A DNA stretch of 64,000 nt. It comes from Ramazzottius varieornatus (taxonomy: Eukaryota > Animalia > Tardigrada). Below the pieces are notes generated by a model. The model saw nothing but the letters and a program-made list of their open reading frames with translations. It made no database searches and was not told the origin of the DNA. Below, one piece after another: positions 52,701 to 64,000 of the stretch. A program made the translations under genes and the position numbers. Numbering within the stretch: position 1 is the stretch's first letter; each line of letters opens with the position of its first letter. The stretch spans positions 558,001 to 622,000 of the forward strand of contig BDGG01000013.1 of the NCBI GenBank assembly GCA_001949185.1, read 5' to 3'.

Positions 52701-54080
52701 TCTTCATTCTGTACCTCTAGATGCTACCTATGTACGTCAGCGCAGGCAGGCAAGCAGAAATCACCTTGGGCGGTCGCCCTGTTTTCCTGCTGCTTTACGC
52801 TGACGACATTGTAACACTCTTGATCTCTGCTGAGCACTCGCCGTTGACCACCAACCGCGTCTGTGAATACATTGAGGCTCTTGGTCTCTCCCTGAACGTT
52901 CCGAAGTGCGCACTAATGCACATCAGTAGAATCAAAGCGCGTCTTCCGTCACCTCCGTCCTTTTTCATCAAACAGACGGAAGTCGATAAATCAACTCAGT
53001 TCAAATACCTCGGAGCCTCGATCAACAGCTCCAACAACTACACGCAGACGAGACTGGCGAACGTGCCGACCGCGTGCGCCGCTTCGGCTGTAATGCTTCG
53101 CGGTCTCACGCGAACAGTCGCGCATGCGCCAGTTTGCATAGGAGTAGAACTCTTTGGTACCTTCGTGAAGTGGGTGGCGTCCACAGGTCATGTCATTTTC
53201 AATGAGTGGTTCCCATCTGAGTCATGTCTTCTGAAGAACGACAAGCTGAACCAAGTTTCAACCCGGTGTGCCAAAACCCTGCTTGGTGTAAGGCGAACTA
53301 CCTCGTACTGTGGATTGTACCACATCACAGGTATACTTCCCCCCACTCTTCAAATTGTTCGGATGACTGTCAACTTCTATATCAAGGTGGCGCGCTCGTC
53401 GTCCGACGAGCTCGAAGCCTGCGTCGTCCGACGAGCTCGAAGCCTGCGTCCTAAAACAAATCCTTGTGAACCGACAGTTGCGAGGTTCCCTGTGCAGAAG
53501 GTTCCTCCAACCAATTTTCGGGTTGGAAGACTCAGCCTCAGCAGAGACTTCTATCGCAAAAATATGTGAGTTCAATCAAACAGAATTTTTCGCGTTAGCC
53601 AAAACACATTACTTTGCCGCTCTTCACAATATGATCCGACCGTCGCCTAGCTGAGTATTCTCGTGGAGATCTCATCTGCTGACGCCGTACCGGCCTGGCT
53701 GTCTGATAGCGCTAACTTCCCCGCTCGACTCGCGCACACAATGTGCCAGGTCCTGCTGTCATCACATAACCTCTCTGTCGAGATGGGCCGGTGGTCTTCA
53801 CCCGCTTGCCTCTCTCTCTCTGAACAGGCTCGACACTCAGTTTCGTCGTTTTGACAAAATCAAAAAACCGCATGTCGAGCATGTTCATACTTTTAGACAA
53901 GTTTGCGACTTGCAGGTGCGCGTCGCACGACAGTACGCAGGTCATGTCGCTAATCTGCGCATTTGCGGCCTGTAAATCCGGCAAGCGCATATACGAGACA
54001 TGCACCTACCTATTGCCTTACGGCACGCACCTGCAAGTCAGTTCCCTGTCTAAAAATAAGCAGGCTCTGAGCAGGCACTA
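49706..54080 (+). mobile_element. Degenerate non-LTR retrotransposon (APE endonuclease + reverse transcriptase, RTEX-like); ORF2 from 50675, many frameshifts and stops
   Basis: KIICWNVNG, DIIALTE, VAGDLN, STIDY; SSGPD, IPKKG, NLRPI, FLDLK..FDTV, GVKQGDP, LLYADD, FKYLG; C-terminal SHNLSVEMGRW; 25-bp tandem duplication at 53397-53446; 5' boundary approximate. Confidence 0.9.
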
Positions 54081-54406
54081 AGACTACCAACCTCATTTTT
54101 GCCGCACATAGTGGTGAGCACTGGTCCGTCGTGTACTGTTCAGTGTCCAGCCACTGTCTCACTGACGAGGTGCTGAACATCGTACTGCACAAACTGATTG
54201 CAGTGCCCACCAACTGATCAACCATATGTTCTGGCAGCAATCAAGCAAATCAACTTTGTGCAGCACGATGTTCAGCAGTTCGTCAGCCTCAAGGCTGTTC
54301 ACTAAAATTTCGATTGATATTTTCGTTGTTGCTGATTCTAGACACGAGATTTCTCGTTGTCCAACTTGTCCGGTTTCGAGACTGATTCTGATCTTCGTAT
54401 TTAGGG

Positions 54407-56045
54407 ATGGTGTCCACGAGAAGAGCTCAAGCTCTCACCTGTGCTGATTCCGCATCGAAAGCTTCCACATCACAGTCACCTTCGCTGTCCACCGAACGCG
54501 TCGAAGTTGTCTGTAAGTGCCACTGTGGGGATTGATTTGCTTGATCCGATACCTGTGATCTGAAGTGTTTGACTTGCTTGCGAGTTGTAGCCCTAACCCT
54601 GCTGTTCCACACACTCTTCTGATTTCCACCAAAGTGATCAAAACCAAAAGGATGTGTCGTTCTTACAAGTTGTTAGTTTATTGTCGTTTTTGACTTTTTA
54701 GCTCCTTCCTCCACTGTGGAAGAGAAGCCAGGACGTTCACCTAGGGATGCTCCCGCACCGGAAGGTGCGCCAGTCATGCTGTTCCTGTGCAGATAGTCGC
54801 TACACCAGTCGAAGCTGTGGTAGCGAAGCCTGCGCCTGAGAAGCCACAGAAGAGCAGGACCCAGACTGCTCAAGAGATCGCTCCAAAGATCGCTCCAAAG
54901 ATCGCTCCAAAGATCGCTCCCAAAATCACTCCGAAGGTGGCGAAAGATGTTGCGATGAAGCCTGGCCGACCAAAAAAAACTATTCTTCCCTCGAAGTTCG
55001 GTGCTGCGCCGCGGGATGTGGACGAACGGTCTGCGCTGGCGGTCCGAAGAAAGCCAAAGCGCCGAAGAAAAGAGAAGGTGAAAGATATCAACAACGACAC
55101 AAGCGGCTGAGCGCTATAAAAAAACCAAAAAGTTTTTATTCTCGCGCACTTCAGCTGCTAGCGTCCACGCAACATGCGCCACTGGGACGAGAATGCGTCC
55201 TCCGGTGGAGCTGACGCATTTGTTCTCTTACTGCGGAGCAGACTGCGCATCTCGGACGGTGCAGTCTATGTGTGTTACAAAGTGGCGCTATGCGCCAGTC
55301 GTTCGGAATTGTTCCGAGATTGTGTAAATTGGCGCAGTTTGCGTTGCAATCAACATGCAGTGTGCGCTAGTGAGATGGGGGCGGATAGACTGACAGTCTA
55401 CTTGATTTCAGGGCTGTTCAGCGTTTCCAGGCAAGCGACGGAGAGGACGAATTTCTCAGGAATCATTCGACAACGAAGATGGCGGCTCGGAGGATGATAC
55501 CGACGACGACACCCAATCCGAAGAGTCAGACGACGAAATGGAAGCTTCGACGTCGAACGGTAAGGGCAAGTTTTCAACTCGAGAGAGGTCCCGTCTCGGG
55601 CGGCTTTGTACCGCGTTTTTTGGTCGTAGGTGCAAAAAAGTCGTTGGGCAGAGTCAGGTCGACAAAGTTTACCAGTTCGGTCAAATTCTATCGGTTGTAC
55701 TCGCACTGGAAGCGTTCCTTAGGAGCTCTGGACTACGCCAAGTGTGAAGTGTATGGCTGTGGCGTGGTGACAGCTACGCTACCCGAGATCATCAAGCACC
55801 ACAGGACGTGCTTGAAGGTCGGTCACAAGCTTCTACCTGGTGTGGCTAAGCATTCTCATGATTTGATGAAATGCCATAACTGCAAGTACCGATCTCACGA
55901 ACTCCGACGCATGATCCGACATTATCAAAATGTACACAAAATGATTTTTGAAGAGGCGGAAGAGAAAGCTAACGAGAAGAAACTGCTACGTAGCTCGTGG
56001 CAGCTTACGCAGAAAGCGTACGATGACTTGAAACTTTTCGACTGA
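54407..56045 (+). pseudogene. Disrupted spliced gene: low-complexity N-terminus, AT-hook-like motif, NLS, acidic tract, two zinc-finger-like motifs
   Basis: KPGRPKK, RRKPKRRRK, EDDTDDDTQSEESDDE, CEVYGC-x12-HHRTC and CHNC-x12-HYQNVH; splice sites present but two apparent frameshifts (~54768, ~55453). Confidence 0.5.
54875..54934 (+). repeat. 12-bp tandem repeat (AGATCGCTCCAA) x4 plus a degenerate fifth unit, encoding (KIAP)n
   Basis: Directly visible. Confidence 0.9.
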
Positions 56046-56332
56046 GTTCGACAAGCTTGTTCTGACTCGCTTTCTTCACATCGTTTCGTTCGCAGCAAGT
56101 AACAATGGAAACGTGCGCCACCTGAGGTACGGTGTCAAACTGTACGTTTCGTTTGCTAGCCTCCCGCATCACTTTTTTCGTAATCATGGTACTGACGAGA
56201 GGAGCTTTTTTAAGGGAGTAGTGACAAGCATCAGGAAGCGCTGGGTTTGGGAGAAAGAAAAATCAAACTGGCACTGGAGAATTCATGGTTTACAGGAAGT
56301 TGGAGATCTCGACGTGGTTATCGTGGTTCTTG

Positions 56333-57327
56333 TTAGACCGAAGTAACCAGCATGTAGTCAAAGTCCTGACATGAGGTGGAAACGACTTCCGTATTGGACG
56401 GGGCTATCGTTTCCTCCGGAAGAAAGTTCGCCGGTGCGTGGAAGAACAGGCTGGGAGGCATATAATCCGGGTCGGGCATATCTAGGAACGCTTGGTTGGG
56501 AAGTTCTTCGGCAATCGAACTACGTCCAGTCCCCACGTTGAAACTGGTCAAGTAGCGTTTGATGCTTTCTTCGTTGTCCATATGGTCCACGTCTGGGCGA
56601 CTGCCGCTGGCTAACGTGTCCATGATACGCATCAAACGCATGGCAGCTAGTTGAGAGGAAGCCCACACTTCCTGTTCGCGTAACAACCGGCATTGTTGGT
56701 AGCAGGTGTAGCAGGAACCGGATATGAATACCGTCAGGAAGATCAGCGTGAACCTACATACACACCGAGAGCGAAAATACCTCTTGGAATATCAGAGACT
56801 TCACATTGATTTCACGCTCCCAGACAAATGTTATTCGGTTGTACATTGACTGTCTTCCTGTACAAATAACATTTTTCTACAGTATTTACACAGTACATAC
56901 CAGAAATACCACAGGTTGTAGAAGACGTCTACCTGTGGACAACAGGTATCGTTGCAGCACGTCTCATTCCACAAACACCTACGACAAAAAAGCCTTGGTC
57001 GACAGGTCCGATTGTTCTGGGAAAAAATAACAAAAATTCATGAAGATGAAGATGAAGATGAAGATCGGGTCAAGACCCACAAGTATGATACAGTTCCTTT
57101 GGATCCGAATCGAGCGGTACACAGGAACGTTAGTAAGGTGTGGTTGTTGGAGGTCTGAATGGAGTCATCCGATAGGCTGTGGAACTGAGATAGCGGACTG
57201 AGATCGGCGTTTGCATACATTAGTTTCTGCATGAGGAAGTTTAACGCTTGACGAACGGAAACCCTCCATAAAATGAATGGAGCAGGAGAAGGATGGAATG
57301 CAGACTAACTAAATGTTTTGACTTCAT
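56333..57327 (-). CDS. VOPP1/WBP1 (Shisa-like) family single-pass membrane protein, 219 aa, 4 exons (57327-57263, 57176-57081, 56978-56901, 56753-56333)
   Basis: Signal peptide, then C-x13-C-x5-CC-x3-CC..FYNLWYFWF + TM + juxtamembrane Cys, matching the VOPP1 C-C-CC-CC...LWYFWF pattern; all introns GT-AG and phase-compatible (660 nt total). Confidence 0.8.
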
Positions 57328-59959
57328 CCGTGCAGCGGTCGAAGAACCTTGAAACCTGCTGCAGGGTATTTACAAGGAAGAAAAGTTCAAGATTGAGTGA
57401 AGGCCATCCAGATGGGTACAATCAAATCACGGCTCTCCCGCGGCGTTACGCCACGTGAAAGCGCAGCGGCTAGATGGGTGCAGACTGCCGACCGGAAGAT
57501 TGTTCCCATCTGCAAACGCAATTGACGACTCCCCTGCTACCCATACGTCAGCGCAAGAATGGAAAGCTATTAGGCGGCCCTACTGCGGGCTGCTCTTTGC
57601 CTTGGGACCGTCGACACGATCCCATGCATATTAACTAACTGACAATGCCAATGAGGGAGCCCTGCTCTCAGTTCCCTGCGCTGGAGTTGCATGACTTGTC
57701 CACGCTTGGATGAAAGCGTGCCACTGGGATGGACTTGTGATTTGACTGACATCTTTTCTCATCCATTCAATTAGCGGCCTGAATAGCGTCCAGCCGGCGG
57801 ATATGGTCTGTCATAGAGCGGGATTATGACAGGATGATGGAGTGACAGTCGTCTCACCAGCTTTTTCTGCTGGGAGGTGGTTGATCTTGAAAAGTAGCAG
57901 GTTACTCATCTCACTGATTTACAGTAGTACGATGTCTGAGGTTGCGATGTCTATGTGGTGAGCTCAATGGCGCCCCCCGTATCAGATTGCCCCGCATAGT
58001 TTTTGAAAACAAATTTATACCGTTTATTGAGAAACTCGCAGATAAAGGAGCCCAATAGAACGATTGCTACCTCTGATAGGGACTGCGTTCATGGGCGAAG
58101 TCAGGACAGGGCGAAGGAGAACTGCAGAACAAAAGCGCTGTCATACTGAGATGAGAATCATATCTACGGTCTGGGAGTCGGCGCTACGATACGGTCCTGA
58201 AGTAGGGGTTGAACAATGAATCAATGTACAAGCTTTACAGTAAGAACTGCGCCGGCTGGAACTTTCAGTGGCTTCATGAGCGTGCGTATAAGGAACCTGC
58301 GTTATTGTTGCAAGCTAAACTGGTTGGCGAGCTGCTAACATGGGCTGTGCGCGGTCGAGCTGAGCTCTGAGTGTTAGTCGAGTTCCGGTGGATCTTCGAG
58401 ACCAGGTCGTAGGATCTTTCATGGTCGAGTCTGAGCGCACGCCGGACAACGATTGAAGTACGGCGGTTGTTTCGGATGAAGGGTCTTGTGCGCCCGGGTA
58501 TTGCTCCTACTGAGAAAGCGCCATCTGTCGACTGCTTGCCCAAGTACCAAGTGGCTTTATACCGTGTTCTCGAAGGGAACACATGCACCTTCGTCAAAAG
58601 ATTCCGGCCGAGCTTTGGTTTTGAGATAAGCCGTTCCATTAAGTGGAGGCCCGAATCCGGTGAGGTCGGCGAATTCGAAGATAAGCTTGACAGCATGTGT
58701 CGGACAACTGCCAAGACACTGCGAGAAGTGAAACTTTGTACACGGAAAACCAATTTTACTTTTCCTCGTCGTAGTACTGTATCATGACGAACTATCCACG
58801 CGGTCATTCAGAATAAGCTAGCAACCTGTGACATTTTGCAAACATGGCATTCGTTTTGCACAGCCGAATGTTGAGCCAATAGCGGTGTCACGATTTTCGG
58901 GTGAGATGCGGCAAAGGGCATGCCGTAATGTCGGAATTAACATGCCTTGAGCAGGACGCGGTTATTAGAGCACGGAATCTGGCCGCATGCGCTACACTGT
59001 ACTGCAGCTTTGCTGTGCTGCAGCGCGTGAACTGACGAAATTTGTGCGACACAGCACAGCATACAGCAGAAAGCCATAGACTACCGCGCAGATGCACCTA
59101 CCGAAACCTAACAAAAATTACAGTTTTTGGGCATTCGAACGTCAGCCGTCTCAGCTTTGCCGTACTTCAGGGCCACGTTCTCCAGGTGGAAAACCGATTT
59201 CGCTGACTGAATTACAAACCACGTCAATACATCGGCGTTCCGCGCAGTTGCGCCAGGTCAACGTGCATCTGCAGCACAGCTGCTTAGCCACTGGGCATGA
59301 AAGTTGTGCAGCACAGCGCAGCGTACAGCGACCTAGTAATGTGCGCAGCAGTTACAGCGTACTTTCGGACCTGCGGCCCAGTGCTCTAGCGGTTATATGC
59401 TTTCAGAATACGAGGTGGGAAACTCAGTGACACCTCATTTTACTGGTTGAGGTCGGCGGGCGGTGCCAAATTCGATCAATCATCACCTTTTTGATTGACC
59501 AAAAGTTGGCAATATGAGGTACAGTGCGACACCCTACCAGCTCAAAACGGTCAACCTTCTTAATTTTTCAGTTGATCACCGGGCAGATCTTTTTCGAATC
59601 TAAAAATTCCATCAAGATACAAAAATTTTTGAGCTAGAGCTACAGTCTTTCTGGGGACCCTGAGCGAACCAAGCCTGGCCGAGCGAAAACTTGCTGGCTA
59701 CGATGAAATTTCATCGAAAAGGGAAGAAACTTCCACGCAGTTTTTCATACACTGTCCAGTGGCCGTTAGATGCAGTTTCGGTAGAAGGTTGTTTTTCAGG
59801 CAAACGTGAAAAAGCGGGTAGCAGAGGCCAAGCTCGAATTTCGCTACGTGGAAGTCAGTGCGCGGCAGGAGAGTGAGTTTCCCGCCCGGGCTTCAGGTGA
59901 ATACGATGCAGACTAATACGAGTACTTTTCCCCCTTCTAAGACATTATAGAGTTTAAGT

Positions 59960-60180
59960 TGCCACTCCCGTTCACTTTGCAACTGTAGCTACGGCCTTGC
60001 TCCGCCCCTTTCTTGACGTGTAACTACATTTTGCTTTTCGGAGCTCCCCTTATTTTCGAAAAATATCGCAATCGGAGTTACGGTTGGCTAGCATTGGGAA
60101 GCATAGTGGCTTCCCAACTATCCAAAGTTCTGATCAGCTGCTGCGCCTATGAGTAACGTTGCAACTCAGTGGGACTTTCA
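59960..60180 (-). repeat. Dispersed repeat family B
   Basis: Reverse complement of 43090-43315. Confidence 0.75.
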
Positions 60181-60629
60181 TCTGGCGGTGGCAACTTAAT
60201 GTCTGTATTAGCATAGATTTCTGGTTATCTATGACGCATATCTAGTCTCGTTACGCACTGTAATCGCATGACGACACATCTGCTCTCTCATGGTTTCGAT
60301 GTCGACCAAATCTCAACGCCGAAATCCCTATTACATTGGACATCTTGGAAGGTGCGAAGCGGTGCGTAGTCGAGTTGCTGAAAGAAATTATTAGGTACTA
60401 CTACAAACACACGCCAGGGTCCCGGGACAAAGGTTACCATGACTGCCATGGTCCAGCTGACCATTCACTTGACGACCTGTAGTATTCCGAAACAAGTCAG
60501 ATGAATCCTATATTTGGACCGAAAACTCTTCCACCGACAAACTGTTGTTGCGTTGTACTATCTCGAATGTCTAACACTGGAACCATCTTTTGAATTCTGC
60601 TGAGTGTTCTGGTGACCAGTGTTCTCAGT

Positions 60630-60995
60630 ATGTACGACAACGAAGAACCATGGCTTATCCCTGTCACTGTAGTAGCTATCTGTGTCATAGTCTTTACCGG
60701 CTGTTGCATATTCCACGCATCATACAACAACCGTCGTCGCCGAGCGTACCGCGCTGCCTTCGCTAGACCCGACGCGCCACCATTACCGACTCCGCTCACT
60801 CCATCCTCCGCCAACATGTCCTACTACCCGCCTAACATTGTCGTGGGTATACCGCCACCCATACCACTTTCCCCCTCTCGACCCTTTGCACCCACCCCAC
60901 CACTACAGCAATACGTTGACCAGAGCGCCGTCCCCAACGCGGTCTACGCTACACGGTCCCGAATAGACACTTCACAGTACAACACACGGATGTGA
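60630..60995 (+). CDS. Small type III single-pass membrane protein with Pro/Tyr-rich tail
   Basis: MYDNEEPW-LIPVTVVAICVIVFTGCCIF-..RRRR then Pro-rich tail; CAG acceptor just before ATG. Confidence 0.65.
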   Translation: MYDNEEPWLIPVTVVAICVIVFTGCCIFHASYNNRRRRAYRAAFARPDAPPLPTPLTPSSANMSYYPPNIVVGIPPPIPLSPSRPFAPTPPLQQYVDQSAVPNAVYATRSRIDTSQYNTRM

Positions 60996-61365
60996 GGATG
61001 GTTGCGTGTTTAGAAGGCAAGTCACCATGACAGCGTGGGGCATTTCTTTATTGGTATGATTGGGACGGGTGTGGAACATGTCAGCGTAGCCAGCGATGTC
61101 TTTTTGTGCGGCAACTGAGCGAGCTGCATTATAAGCCAGCTGTCTATGTCGGCCCACAAGTCGGCAACGCCTGTACTATACGGCGACGTCTTTGTAATAG
61201 CTCGGCAGTACGAGCCACCGTTTCTTCGCTGCATACTCACCACTCTTCATCGAGGCTCAACCTCAACCGAGAAGATTCCCATCAATTCCGCCTTGATTCA
61301 CTGTTCCCCTTCGCGTTATTTTTGGCTTGTTTTGAGTGAACGTATTGTTTTTACTGTTATACAGC

Positions 61366-62103
61366 ATGGGGGAATCGACTATGTTGGAACCGGAGGTTAT
61401 CTGGAGTATCTGTGGTGTCGTTGTTTTTATTTTTATGTGCGCGGCAGCCTTGATGTGCTTTTTCCTCGAACGCAAGAGGCAAAAGCGCCATGATCAGTTG
61501 TTGGAAAATCTGACTCAGGCTACACACCCACAATTCACCACTCCTAAATCTCCATGGGCGACCGACACAAGTGGTGAATCCCTTGCGGCACCTACCTCCG
61601 CTTTCCATCCCAGACTCTCACTGGTACCAAATGCGCAAGACCGTCGAATATCCGCAGTCGGTCCACACATACCGGGCTCACATATCCCCATGATGGTTTC
61701 GCACGGCGTACCCACGGCAGCTGGGAACGTCTATCTTCATGGTCCGTCCATGGCATCAACGAGAGGCCGGATGTCCGGTCCGAGGCCGAACCCGCTAAGA
61801 TCGCCGGAAACGATACAGCATAGGTCACATATGGCATCGGAACGGAGAGCTAGTGACGAACGACCGGAGAGGACGGGGCATCAATATCAGCAACACAGGA
61901 CAACCGACGAGAGGCAGCACGACGTTCATGGTCATCGAACAAGCGTGGAGGCGGCCAGTAGAGCGCATGCCCATCAAATGCAGAGATCGAGTGCGGACAG
62001 ACAACATCATAGGTTTAGTGTGGATAATCAGAACAGAGTTATTCACGAATTACCAAATGACAGAACAAAATTTGTTTCTTCCGACACGGCATCCGATTCG
62101 TAG
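61366..62103 (+). CDS. Type III single-pass membrane protein with long disordered His/Arg/Ser-rich tail
   Basis: 245-aa ORF, TM (VIWSICGVVVFIFMCAAALMCFF) followed by ERKRQKR; CAG acceptor just before ATG. Confidence 0.7.
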   Translation: MGESTMLEPEVIWSICGVVVFIFMCAAALMCFFLERKRQKRHDQLLENLTQATHPQFTTPKSPWATDTSGESLAAPTSAFHPRLSLVPNAQDRRISAVGPHIPGSHIPMMVSHGVPTAAGNVYLHGPSMASTRGRMSGPRPNPLRSPETIQHRSHMASERRASDERPERTGHQYQQHRTTDERQHDVHGHRTSVEAASRAHAHQMQRSSADRQHHRFSVDNQNRVIHELPNDRTKFVSSDTASDS

Positions 62104-63867
62104 CTTCTTGTTGCTCCGGTTTTTTTACTGATTCTGTCATAAGATCTTGTTGTTTGCTCTCGAAGCATGCGGGAGGCCAGAATAAATCTCGAGACTGTTC
62201 TTCCGACAGAAGCACAAAACGTTCGCTCGGCGATCAACCCCTGAAGTCACCGAAGCACCATCTTAATCCTTTGGCGTTTCGGTACCGTGATGGAGCAGCT
62301 TTCGCGTAGTCGTCAGGCGTTACATGTCAGTCGTTCACAATAGTACATTCAGTTTTTGCGCTGTTCGGTGTTTCTCGCGATCGCATCGATACGCAGCTTG
62401 AAGGATTCGCGTGAAGAATCCCCCGATACGTGCAATTTTGGCTGTTATGTGTGATGTCATAGCGATCAGCTGATCGCTACACAGGTCGACCAGATATTTC
62501 ACCCACCATCCGCGCGGTCTTTTTTCACGCACCGGGGTCCAAAGCTGTCCCGCATCATTGGTACTTTGAAGTGAGTGATATTCATATTCCATAGACATAT
62601 ATGTCGCATTCATGAACCCGGACGAAATTACTGTGCACCCAGAGTGCTCTGCAGCAGACCAGGAATGATCCTCGATGTCATTTGGGCACAACCATGGTTC
62701 GAAGGCTCGTCAGAACACGGAAGAGAGGGGCAACGTTCCCTCGTAATTTTGAGCCGATGTAGGTAGATGGACATGACATCCCAGCGCGCTGTAACATTCA
62801 CCAAAACAGATGTTTAACAAGTCTGAATGGAGAAATTATCCATGATAAATTGAACCTTTTCTGTTTGCCGCACTCTGGATAAAGTTTGTCATTATTCATT
62901 AAATTCACCACGAATGATTTCTGGTAGATGAATTCGTCACCTCTACAAAATCTCTTTCGACAGATGCAAATGAAGAACTCGTTGTCAGCTAACATTAGCC
63001 GAAACAGACTTTTGGGAAGGGAAAAGTCTGCGCGAGCCGTCATGCATATCAGGCAAGGTACGCACTGAAAATATTTTTTTACGACGTTCGTGGCAGACGC
63101 TAGCTAGGGTAGCTTAGAGTACTCCGATCTACTGTAAACCATGGTACGAGATACTGCATTTTAATTCTACTTTAACGGTTCAAACTGGAACAGTCAGTGG
63201 ATAAGGTGATCGAATGGCATCAAAATTTAAGCAACATTTTCTCTTTGAAATTACGTGAGCTCTGGGGAGCAAAGCCTTACTTTTATTGTGAGCAGGCATT
63301 TCATCTCATTCTGCCTTTGCCTTGAGGACAGGCTCGCTGTACACGTACGCTGCTCAGTTCCCAACCCTGGCAGCATCTTCGCTGTTTTCTGCCTATCAAT
63401 CTTCTTGTACAAGATGAACAAATCGCCGACGATAGAAAAAGCTGCGCGCAAAGTGCGTTTGACAGAGTAGGTGGAAACTTACGTACACGTCTTTGCATAA
63501 TTATGGGCATGAAAAAATACTTTGAACTCCGGACGGAAGCGGCAGGGGCCGGCTAAAACCAACCAGTCAATCCAATGGTTCCCGCTTTCGAACGGTGCTC
63601 AAAACTTTGTCCCTGCCCATAATCGAGTAAAGAAAGTGTACCCCGTAAAGTTTTGGGAGTAGTATGAATTAGCGTAGATGTCTGGTCTTCGACTAACCGG
63701 CACTACATGACACAGGAACATTTATTGCATCAAGAGATTGGACAGAAGTGATGTTGTTATCTAGTCAACAGCTTGTACAAAAGTCTGCGTCAAACTCTGA
63801 AAGAGACATGAGCTACCACTTCGCCACTTCTGTGGCTCAATAGTATTGAGAGCATCGTAAAGACTTA

Positions 63868-63986
63868 TCATTTCCGTCCAGGGTTGTAGTAGCATCGGCC
63901 CTGAGCCCAAGACGGGTCGTTCTTCTGGCAGTGCATGCCGCCGCAGCAGTTTCCCTGTGACCCGTTGGCGCCTTCACAAGGCTGAT
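63868..63986 (-). CDS. Last exon of a knottin (ICK)-like cysteine-rich peptide precursor with an amidation signal; 5' part outside window
   Basis: After TTGCAG acceptor: QPCEGANGSQGNCCGGMHCQKNDPSWAQGRCYYNPGRK followed by TGA TAA; AATAAA downstream at 63726-63721. Confidence 0.7.
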
Positions 63987-64000
63987 CTGCAACATACGGA

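Noticed and set aside
54875-54934. CRISPR-like array
   Set aside because: Head-to-tail 12-mers with no spacers, in a eukaryotic context
57042-57066. Poly-Ser or (DE)n coding tract
   Set aside because: It is a (GAAGAT)4 microsatellite inside an intron of the VOPP1-like gene
58274-58807. Possible spliced gene on the minus strand
   Set aside because: Some splice-like signals, but no coherent or recognisable protein could be assembled
62335-63510. Possible multi-exon hypothetical gene on the minus strand
   Set aside because: Exon phases could not be joined and no homology is recognisable

Overview
Eukaryotic (animal) genomic DNA with short GT-AG introns and many transposon relics. The gene content and style suggest a small invertebrate such as a tardigrade, but this is inference. 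The window is dominated by a cluster of four natriuretic-peptide-receptor/receptor guanylate cyclase (rGC) family genes. Two are divergently oriented full-length rGCs (925-18602 minus; 28750-34584 plus) whose cyclase domains have lost canonical catalytic residues. Two are ANF-ectodomain + TM + short-tail receptors with no kinase or cyclase (39347-42545 and 45586-48421, minus). Other genes are the 3' end of a GH31 alpha-glucosidase, a 125-aa secreted 6-Cys protein, an SLC6 transporter, a VOPP1/WBP1-like gene, two type III single-pass membrane proteins, a broken AT-hook/zinc-finger gene and the last exon of an amidated knottin-like peptide. Mobile DNA comprises an intron-containing pogo-type element with perfect 62-bp TIRs, a dead Tc1, a degenerate RTEX-like LINE, hAT- and P-like non-autonomous elements, several MITE families (some nested) and tRNA-derived SINE-like repeats. 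Exon models were read by eye and need transcript confirmation.
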